Source of the DNA: Verrucomicrobiales bacterium
GTDB lineage: Bacteria > Verrucomicrobiota > Verrucomicrobiia > Limisphaerales > UBA9464
NCBI GenBank assembly: GCA_040375265.1
Contig: JBEISV010000002.1
Location: 1 to 49,411, forward strand
Direction of reading: 5' to 3'
Length of the DNA: 49,411 bases
Shown: positions 37,901 through 43,963 of the stretch, piece by piece
Numbering within the stretch: position 1 is the first letter of the stretch
Layout of the letters: each line of letters begins with the position of its first letter
Position numbers and translations under genes: made by a program
Notes under the pieces: model-generated
Database searches by the model: none
What the model was told of the DNA's origin: nothing
Seen by the model: the letters and a program-made list of their open reading frames with translations, nothing else

Positions 37901-38416
37901 GAGCAAACGCGGCTGTTCCCCGGCTTCCAATTGTTGCCATGCCCGTCCGCACACCTCTCGGCTGAGCTCGGCGCTGATTTCCCAGACGGACTTCCCGAGC
38001 AGTTCCCCGGACGTGGCGCCCAAGCCGATCATCGCCGCGCTGTTCAGATACAGCACGCGGAAATCATCCGCCGGATCGAGGGCGAACACCGCGTCCCGGG
38101 CATTGGCGGCGAGGTGGGCGAAGAAACGGCGCTCCCGGTCCTGCATCCGGCCTTGGCGGAGGGAGCGGTAGGCCAGCCAATGGAGCCCGGCCGCCGAGAC
38201 GAGGACAAAGCCCAAGCCCTTCCACGTTTGCAGCCGCTCCTGCCTGGCCTTGTCCTCGGCGTAGGACGACGCGAGCCGGTCACTGCCCAGAATCCAGATC
38301 ACCGACACCAGCGCATAGATCACCGCGATGCGGCCGGCGAGGAAGTGGTCGGCCCGATGGTTGTCATCGGGCGCAAGGGCGAAGGCTTGCGATTTGACCT
38401 CAGGGGTGGTGGCCAC
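34940..38416 (-). CDS. multi-PAS hybrid sensor histidine kinase with C-terminal receiver domain
   Basis: N-terminal TM segments and several PAS-like blocks. H-box LASGIAHDLNNVLAPV, N/G boxes (LLNLAVNARDAM, DTGIGI, GTGLGL), and REC domain ILVVDDELGIR...LVLTDVMMPHMDG. GTG start at 38416. Confidence 0.85.
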   Translation of the reverse strand: MATTPEVKSQAFALAPDDNHRADHFLAGRIAVIYALVSVIWILGSDRLASSYAEDKARQERLQTWKGLGFVLVSAAGLHWLAYRSLRQGRMQDRERRFFAHLAANARDAVFALDPADDFRVLYLNSAAMIGLGATSGELLGKSVWEISAELSREVCGRAWQQLEAGEQPRLLLRIPHPDGSPRVAETSLEILTVGSRRLVSGRAWDITERVAHEEGQRRLLAQLTESQARLAEQQAQLEQSRNELELFNRLSLAFLTRSNARALFQELESTIAAAFGAHAARLALASNPGELTFPAESLAEVAEPSAAELRSLLDSIAGRPVEGPLPRLGGPALLAETLSAGIRQGDELLGGVWLRLGAPSSLESALPRLERLAQHLAPALRSYLAESHFQAERENTLSVALANEAKFTAVFHNSLDALFLVEPQSGLITDCNRHAAELFADGDRNRLIGLEGRLLALEPRSASEAKELRMRIAEGFDYEGEFEYRSLGGRVFWGHVAGEHLAIPGANLQLFRLLNISQRKADEQKLSEQARFRQELIDSVPLPVFVKDTTGHYLECNRALAEFIGLPREQLIGKTVADVFPEEFAVQYRLRDDELFLHQGRQVYRGTVRNAAGSQRSVIFHRATYHQADGSLGGLIGTFIDVTDFDAAMSQLRLQESALNAAANGIVITDRNGIALWANPACERLTGYRVEEIVNSSLRILKSDQQQEQSYSNLWQTIMSGQVWQGELLNRRKDGTTYHEEMTITPLKDEQGNVTNFVAIKQDISSRKQVEMQYLRAQRMEGIGLLASGIAHDLNNVLAPVLLSIELLQAMHPDADTQDILHTVEQSARRGADIVRQVLTFARGVKGERIPLQSKHLVKDIMRVAKETFPKNIEVHIRMDTEVSNVEGDPTQIHQVLLNLAVNARDAMPDGGRLTLSAHNHSLAEAMPAVNGTIPPGDYVVLGVKDTGIGIEQENLSRLFEPFFTTKAANKGTGLGLPTALGIVKSHSGFFRVVTEPGKGAEFLVYLPVCNRDESRPASPPHSAPRGNGETILVVDDELGIRSLASEILSRHGYRVLIASDGTDAMALVAQHRSKVELVLTDVMMPHMDGVALTRSLRKLAPHTRVLAFSGLSGGASLAAKIEELRSLGVPPVLSKPLTAPELLNAVHDLLYSNPQS

Positions 38417-38467
38417 GTGCGCCCTTTGTTGCCGGTGCGGGCACCGTTGACAAGCCCGCGGGTGGCG

Positions 38468-39667
38468 TCAGGCCACCAACCGATACCAGTTGTCGCGCTG
38501 GCGGGGTTCGTAACCGAGTTCGCCGATCAGCCGCTTCATGTCGGCCACGCCCATGCGGAAGGTCGTCCCGGCGGCACTGACCACGTTTTCCTCGATCATG
38601 ATCGAGCCGAGGTCGCTCGCGCCGTATTTGAGCGCCACTTGGCCGATCTCCGGGCCCTGCGTGACCCACGAGCTTTGGACGCCGGGCACGTTGTCCAGAT
38701 AGATGCGGGCGAGCGCCTGCGTCCGAAGATACTCGTGCGAGCCGACGGTCGCGGCCTTCAGCACGGTGTTCTCGGGCTGGAAGGTCCAGCAGATGAACGC
38801 CGTGAACGCGCCGCCGTTGATGGCCTTCGTCTCCACCGCTGTTGCATACGCTGCCGACAACTCAATCGGGCTCTCGCCTTGAATCCGCATTCCGCATTCC
38901 GCATTCCGCAATCTTCCCAAAGACCTGTCCTGCTGCTGCCGCACGACGTCCAGATGTTCGATGCGGTCTTCCACCGTCTCCACGTGGCCGAACATCATCG
39001 ACACGGTCGTCGCCAACCCGAGCTGATGCGCGGTGTCCATCACGCCCATCCATTCGCCCGTGTTGGCCTTGAGCGGCGCAATCCGGTTACGGACGCGGTC
39101 CACCAAGATCTCGCCGCCACCGCCGGGAATGCTCCCCAACCCGGCCGCGACAAACTCGCGGATGAGCTGCTCTACCGGCTCGTTGAACACTTCCTGGAAG
39201 TGGATGAATTCGCTGGGGCTGAAGCCGTGCACGTTGAAGCCGGGGAACTTGTCCCGCACGTGGCTGAGCAGGTCGAGATACCACTGCTTGGTCAGCTTCG
39301 GGTGGTGCCCGCCCTGCATCAGCATCTGCGTGCCGCCGAGCGCGATGGTTTCCTCGATTTTGCGGTCCAGCTCGTCGAGCATGATGACGTAGCTGTCGGT
39401 GTCCTTCTCCGTCCGCCAGAACGCGCAGAATTTGCAGTAGACGTTGCAGACGTTCGTGTAGTTGACGTTCCGGTCCACGATGAAGGTGACGATGTCGTTC
39501 CCGCGCCCGCCGTGCGCCGCCGCGCGGTGCAATTGCCGCCGCCGATCGGCCAAGGCGCCGAGTTCCTCCAGCGGCAGCCGGTAGAGCCGCAACGCCTCGT
39601 CCCGGGAAATGCGCCCGCCGTCCCACACCTTCTGGAGCAGTTCGTCGAGCGACGGATCGTAAACCAT
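38468..39667 (-). CDS. mqnC: radical SAM menaquinone (futalosine pathway) enzyme, MqnC-like cyclic dehypoxanthinyl futalosine synthase, carrying an in-frame insertion
   Basis: VTFIVDRNVNYTNVCNVYCKFCAFWR (CxxxCxxC), GGTQMLMQGGHHPKL, GSIPGGGGEIL, and MMFGHVETVEDRIEHL. The MqnC versus MqnE assignment comes from my recollection of family motifs. The family call is confident; the subtype is moderate. Confidence 0.75.
   Translation of the reverse strand: MVYDPSLDELLQKVWDGGRISRDEALRLYRLPLEELGALADRRRQLHRAAAHGGRGNDIVTFIVDRNVNYTNVCNVYCKFCAFWRTEKDTDSYVIMLDELDRKIEETIALGGTQMLMQGGHHPKLTKQWYLDLLSHVRDKFPGFNVHGFSPSEFIHFQEVFNEPVEQLIREFVAAGLGSIPGGGGEILVDRVRNRIAPLKANTGEWMGVMDTAHQLGLATTVSMMFGHVETVEDRIEHLDVVRQQQDRSLGRLRNAECGMRIQGESPIELSAAYATAVETKAINGGAFTAFICWTFQPENTVLKAATVGSHEYLRTQALARIYLDNVPGVQSSWVTQGPEIGQVALKYGASDLGSIMIEENVVSAAGTTFRMGVADMKRLIGELGYEPRQRDNWYRLVA
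38882..38913 (-). repeat. heptanucleotide tandem repeat (GCGGAAT)x3 plus one imperfect unit, inside mqnC
   Basis: The minus strand reads GATTGCGGAATGCGGAATGCGGAATGCGGATT. The first 30 nt are identical to 40691-40720 on the plus strand. Confidence 0.9.
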
Positions 39668-39745
39668 GCGGCGAAGTTACCGCCGAAGCGGCCGCAAACA
39701 AGCTCGCCAGCGTTCGGGCCGGTGCGGCACCGTTTCGGCGTCACC

Positions 39746-40681
39746 ATGAAAACGGTCCGCATCGTCCTGCTCGCCCTGCTGCTGCCGTGGCTGCAAGTCC
39801 GGCCGCGGGCGGCCGAACCCGTCCTGCCGCTGCGCACCAACGACGTGATCGCCTTCATCGGCGGCGCGAACATGGTCGCGCTCGCGCAGAGCGGGCATTT
39901 GGAGACGCTGCTGACGCTCCGGCATCCGCACCACAGGCTCCGCTTCCGCAGCCTCGCGTGGGAAGGCGACACGGTCTTCGCCCAGCCGCGAGACGTGAAC
40001 TACCCGGACCTCGTCACCCAACTGAAGCAGGTCGGCGCCACGGTGGCCTTCGTGCAGTTTGGCCAGATGGAGTCACTGGCGGGCGAGTCGGGATTGACGA
40101 ATTTCGTGTCGGCGTATGAGCAGTTGCTGGATCGGATCAAGTCAACCGTGTCACGGGTCGTTATCGTCAGCCCGGAACCAATCGAGAGTCATCCAGAAGG
40201 CAATGCCCGCTTCATTAAGCTGTATTCCTATTCAACGGCACTGGCCTCGGCTGCCGGACTCAAAGGCGCTGTTTACGCCGATGTGATCAAGGGCTTCTCG
40301 ACTTGCATCAACGAAGGAGAGCGTTGGACGACGGATGGCATGCAGTTCAATCAACTCGGACTTTCGGTGCTCGCGGGGATGATCACCTTAGAATGTGTGG
40401 GAGGCCGACCTGTCGCGACGTCCGAACCCAGCGACGAAGCCGCGCTTCGCATCGCCATCGCCGAAAAGAACCGCCTCTGGTTCAACTACGCGCGCCCGAG
40501 CAACTGGGCCTTCCTCGCCGGCGACCGCACCGAACAGGCTTTCAGCCGCGACTACCGCGACCGCAACCTCCGCGCCTTTGCCCAGGAGATGCAGCAGTTC
40601 CTCCCCCTGATCGCCGACGCCGAAAAACGCATCGATGAACTGGCCGCCAAGGCCGCCGCCGAGAAGGAGACCACGCGATGA
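39746..40681 (+). CDS. secreted SGNH/GDSL-fold-like protein lacking the canonical GDS serine motif
   Basis: Signal peptide MKTVRIVLLALLLPWLQVRPRAA. Block I reads VIAFIGGANM instead of GDSxT. Fold similarity is inferred from the overall pattern (FVQFGQMES, VIVSP). The ATG at 39746 is the only sensible start within the 977-aa track ORF. Confidence 0.45.
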   Translation: MKTVRIVLLALLLPWLQVRPRAAEPVLPLRTNDVIAFIGGANMVALAQSGHLETLLTLRHPHHRLRFRSLAWEGDTVFAQPRDVNYPDLVTQLKQVGATVAFVQFGQMESLAGESGLTNFVSAYEQLLDRIKSTVSRVVIVSPEPIESHPEGNARFIKLYSYSTALASAAGLKGAVYADVIKGFSTCINEGERWTTDGMQFNQLGLSVLAGMITLECVGGRPVATSEPSDEAALRIAIAEKNRLWFNYARPSNWAFLAGDRTEQAFSRDYRDRNLRAFAQEMQQFLPLIADAEKRIDELAAKAAAEKETTR

Positions 40682-43600
40682 TCCCAATCCGATTGCGGAA
40701 TGCGGAATGCGGAATGCGGAATGGCCGCGAGGCTGTAGCGCAGGTTGCCAACCTGCTGTTTCGCCGGCTGGTAGCCGGCAGAGCGTCGCTGCGAACCGGC
40801 CGCCGTGAAGTTTCCAGCGCCCGCAGGTTGCCAACCTGCGCCACAGCAGACTGCCAGTCTGCGCTACGGCCCACTTTCTCACTTTCCCACCTGCTCACCT
40901 GCTTCTTCCTCGCTCTCGGCTTCGCTTCCGCCCGCGCTGCCGACAACTCCGCCGCGGCCGAACTCGCCTCCCTGCGCGTGCTCGACGGCTTCGAGGTCAA
41001 CCTGTTCGCCTCCGAGGCGGACGGCGTCCGCAAGCCCATCCAGCTTCGCTTCGATCCCGACGGCCGCCTGTGGGTCTGCGGCAGCGTCGTCTATCCCCAG
41101 CTCAAGCCCGGCGAGAAACCGCGCGACCAAGTCGTCGTGCTCGAAGACACCGACGGCGACGGCCGCGCCGACAAGACCACCATCTTCGCCGACGACGTGC
41201 TCATGCCCACCGGCCTCGAACTCGGCGACGGCGGTCTTTACGTGAACAGCGGCACGGAACTCCTTCACCTCCGCGACACCGACGGCGACGGCAAGGCCGA
41301 CCAGCGCCGCGTCGTCTTCCGCGGCTTCGGCACCGCCGACACGCACCAGACGATTAACTCCTTCACCTGGGGGCCGAGCGGCGAACTCCTCTTCTCGCAG
41401 GGCCTGCACGCGCGTTCTCGCATCGAAACCCCTTGGGGCATCGAGGAACTCCAGCAGGCCGGCGTCTGGCGTTACTGGCCGCGCCGCGCCCGCCTCGATC
41501 CCTTCTGGAGCGGCGCGATGGGCGCGCACAATCCGTTTGGCAACGTCTTCGACCGCTGGGGCCAACCCTTCGTCCTCGCGGGCAACGGCCATGGCATCTA
41601 CCACCTCACGCCGGCGATGATCCGCACGGACCACTTCCTCGAACAGCGCTGGCTCTGGAACGAAGGCCGCAAGTTCGGCGGCGGCGACTTCGTGGAGAAC
41701 GGACGCTGGCCCGCCACGAACCAAGGCGAACTCGTTACTGGCGGTTACCTCCAGAACACCGTCGAGCGTTTCCGCGTCACCGACGAGGGCGGCAGCGGCT
41801 ACAAGGTCGCCCGCCTCGCGCCGCTCATCGAATCCACCAACATCGCCTTCCGCGTCGTGGACGCCCGCTTTGGACCCGACGGCGCGCTCTATCTCGCCGA
41901 CTGGTTCAACCCCGTCATCGGCCACTACCAGGCCAGCTTCCGCGACCCGAACCGCGACAAGGACCACGGCCGCATCTGGCGCGTCGTGCCGAAGCCGCAG
42001 ATCGCGGATGGGAAATCGAAGATCGGGAAGCCGAACTTCACGAAGCGCTCCACGGCTCAAATGCTCGACGAACTCAAGTCGCCCGAGCGCTGGAACCGGC
42101 AGATGGCCAAACGCGTTCTTGCCGACCGCCCGACTGCGGAAGTGACGAACGCACTGGCACGGTGGCTAGTGGCACAGACGCCCCCGTCTGTGTCGGTCCA
42201 ACAGGCGCCCTCGCCTGTTGAAGCGGACTTAGTCTTGGTTGAAGCCCTCGCTGTCTTGGCCAGTCACGACGTTTTCCCGACCAACCTCATCGGCAAGCTC
42301 GCTCTCTTGAGAGCCCCGGAGGCCCGCGCCTACGCCGCGCGCATAGTAGGGCAGGCTGCCAGCCTGCCCACCGCTTCAGACCCGGCTATCGCTCCAGGAC
42401 AGGCTGGCAGCCTGTCCTACTTTGCTTCGCTGCTTGCCACGCTGGCCGCCGACCCGCACCCGCGCGTCCGGCTCGAAGCCATCGTCGCGTGCAGTTACCT
42501 GCCGATGGCCCGCGCCGTGGAGATTGCCGCGATCGCGACGGACCAACCGATGGATGCCGGCTTGGAATACGCCTTCACCCAATGCGTTCACGCACTCAAG
42601 GCGCAGTGGCAAGACGCCCAGGCCCGCGGTGAACTCAAGTTCGATGGAAACGCCCGCCGCCAAACCGAGTTCGCCAAGGCGGTCGGCGGGGCCGGTTCCG
42701 CCCAGTTCGCGGCCAACCGCCTCCGCCGCATCGCCGAAGTCGCGCTCGACGAATCAACTATTGGACAGCTCGCCGAGGTCGTCGCCGAAAGCGGCGGAGC
42801 GAACGAAATGACGGCGTTGCTCACCACCAAGAGCTTCACGCTCGGCACGAACTACTTGTCCACCCAGCACAGCCTGGCCCTCTTCCGCGCGGCGGAATCC
42901 AGCCGCCGCCGGGGACTCAAGCTGGGCGAACCCGCGGCGGGCGGGCTCAAGCCCCTGCTGCAAAGTCCCGAGCCCTCCGTGCAGGCCATGGCCGCGTGGC
43001 TCGCCGGTGTCTGGCAGGTCGGCTCGCTGCGCGGTGAGGTCGAGGCACTGGCCAAAGCCGAGCCGCCGGTGCCGAGCAACCGCGGCAGTGCGGCCCGGGC
43101 CTACGCGCTGAGCGGTGTGGCCGCCTACGGCGACGCCCAGGCGGAGGAATTGCTGGCTTCTCTCGCCGCTGCTTCACCGGACCGCTTCGCCCGCGCCGAC
43201 GCCATTGCGCGGCTCGTCCGGCTCAACCTACGCCGTGCTGCCAACTTTGCCGCCGATTTCCTGGCCACGGAGCAACCGGTCGGGGCCGTGGACGATGTGG
43301 GCAACGCCTTCCTGCGGTTGCAGGGTGGTGCCGAAGCCCTGCGCGACAGTCTGAAAACCAAGGCACCTTTCGCCGCCAACGCGTCCCGGCTGCTCGTGGT
43401 GCAGGGTAACAGCGGCCGTCGCGACGCGGAACTCGCCGCGCTGCTGACCCAAGCCGCCGGCTCGGCTCCTTCCACCAAGCCGGTTTCCCTCGATGACATT
43501 CCGGCGCTGGCCGCCGCTGTTCGCCAGAGCGGCAACGTGGCCAAGGGCCGCGAGATCTTCGCCCGCACTGACCTCGCCTGCGCGAACTGCCACGCCGTGG

Positions 43601-43953
43601 ACGGCACGCCCGGCAAGATCGGTCCCAACCTCAGCGCGCTCGGCACGGCCCAGACGGTCGAGTTCATTCTCGGCGCGATCCTCGATCCGCAGAAGGAAGT
43701 GAAGGAAGGCTTCATGGCCCACGAACTCACCGCCAAGGACGGCGAGGTGTATCAGGGCTACCTCCGCGGCGAGTCCGCCGATGAAGTTTCGCTCTTCAAC
43801 CATCTCACCGGCGGCGTCGTAAAGCTGCGCCGCGACCAGATCGCCGATCGGCGTCAACTCGGTTCCCTCATGCCGGCAGGGTTGGCGGACGGATTGTCGC
43901 ACGACGAATTGCGGGACTTGGTGGCGTTCCTCGCCGGGCTTGGAAGGCCGTGA
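40678..43953 (+). CDS. PVC-type membrane-bound-dehydrogenase-domain / HEAT-repeat / heme-binding CxxCH protein
   Basis: LDGFEVNLFASEADGVRKPIQLRFDPDGRLWV...LEDTDGDGRADK...LRDTDGDGKAD is the Pirellula/Verrucomicrobium-type N-terminal dehydrogenase-like domain. HEAT-like repeats sit in the middle (HPRVRLEAIV). The C-terminal cytochrome c motif is GREIFARTDLACANCHAV. Its ATG overlaps the upstream stop (ATGA). The true start is uncertain because of the repeat insertion. Confidence 0.75.
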   Translation: MIPIRLRNAECGMRNGREAVAQVANLLFRRLVAGRASLRTGRREVSSARRLPTCATADCQSALRPTFSLSHLLTCFFLALGFASARAADNSAAAELASLRVLDGFEVNLFASEADGVRKPIQLRFDPDGRLWVCGSVVYPQLKPGEKPRDQVVVLEDTDGDGRADKTTIFADDVLMPTGLELGDGGLYVNSGTELLHLRDTDGDGKADQRRVVFRGFGTADTHQTINSFTWGPSGELLFSQGLHARSRIETPWGIEELQQAGVWRYWPRRARLDPFWSGAMGAHNPFGNVFDRWGQPFVLAGNGHGIYHLTPAMIRTDHFLEQRWLWNEGRKFGGGDFVENGRWPATNQGELVTGGYLQNTVERFRVTDEGGSGYKVARLAPLIESTNIAFRVVDARFGPDGALYLADWFNPVIGHYQASFRDPNRDKDHGRIWRVVPKPQIADGKSKIGKPNFTKRSTAQMLDELKSPERWNRQMAKRVLADRPTAEVTNALARWLVAQTPPSVSVQQAPSPVEADLVLVEALAVLASHDVFPTNLIGKLALLRAPEARAYAARIVGQAASLPTASDPAIAPGQAGSLSYFASLLATLAADPHPRVRLEAIVACSYLPMARAVEIAAIATDQPMDAGLEYAFTQCVHALKAQWQDAQARGELKFDGNARRQTEFAKAVGGAGSAQFAANRLRRIAEVALDESTIGQLAEVVAESGGANEMTALLTTKSFTLGTNYLSTQHSLALFRAAESSRRRGLKLGEPAAGGLKPLLQSPEPSVQAMAAWLAGVWQVGSLRGEVEALAKAEPPVPSNRGSAARAYALSGVAAYGDAQAEELLASLAAASPDRFARADAIARLVRLNLRRAANFAADFLATEQPVGAVDDVGNAFLRLQGGAEALRDSLKTKAPFAANASRLLVVQGNSGRRDAELAALLTQAAGSAPSTKPVSLDDIPALAAAVRQSGNVAKGREIFARTDLACANCHAVDGTPGKIGPNLSALGTAQTVEFILGAILDPQKEVKEGFMAHELTAKDGEVYQGYLRGESADEVSLFNHLTGGVVKLRRDQIADRRQLGSLMPAGLADGLSHDELRDLVAFLAGLGRP
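40695..40722 (+). repeat. heptanucleotide tandem repeat (GCGGAAT)x4 at codons 6-15 of the heme-binding protein ORF
   Basis: Four perfect tandem units read directly from the sequence. Confidence 0.95.
40735..40867. repeat. about 133-nt composite palindromic (REP/MITE-like) element inside the 5' end of the ORF
   Basis: Imperfect terminal inverted repeats GTAGCGCAGGTTG (40735-40747) and CAGTCTGCGCTAC (40855-40867). Four internal palindromes: 40740-40756, 40763-40779, 40822-40840 and 40846-40862. GCAGGTTGCCAACCTGC occurs twice. Confidence 0.75.
42346..42420. repeat. 75-nt double-palindrome element in frame inside the heme-binding protein ORF
   Basis: GTAGGGCAGGCTG-C-CAGCCTGCCCAC, then a 24-nt spacer, then GGACAGGCTG-G-CAGCCTGTCCTAC. 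The outer 13-mers are inverted repeats with one mismatch. Encodes VGQAASLPTASDPAIAPGQAGSLSY. Confidence 0.8.
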
Positions 43954-43963
43954 CGTGCCCGGA

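Noticed and set aside
37748-39745. First two-thirds of the 977-aa plus-strand track ORF
   Set aside because: It runs antisense through the histidine kinase and mqnC. Only the last 311 codons (from the ATG at 39746, with a signal peptide) look like a real gene.
38882-40722. Possibility that the heptamer repeats form a CRISPR array, or that the two inverted 30-mers delimit an invertible DNA segment
   Set aside because: The units are 7 nt and directly tandem with no spacers, so this is not a CRISPR array. For inversion there is no recombinase or invertase gene nearby. Inversion would also break mqnC and the downstream ORF. I keep it only as a remote possibility.
40879-42060. 393-aa minus-strand ORF, plus 45411-46334 and 46752-48101 minus-strand ORFs
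   Set aside because: They are antisense to the PVC heme-binding protein and GH-A glycosidase genes, with no motifs of their own.
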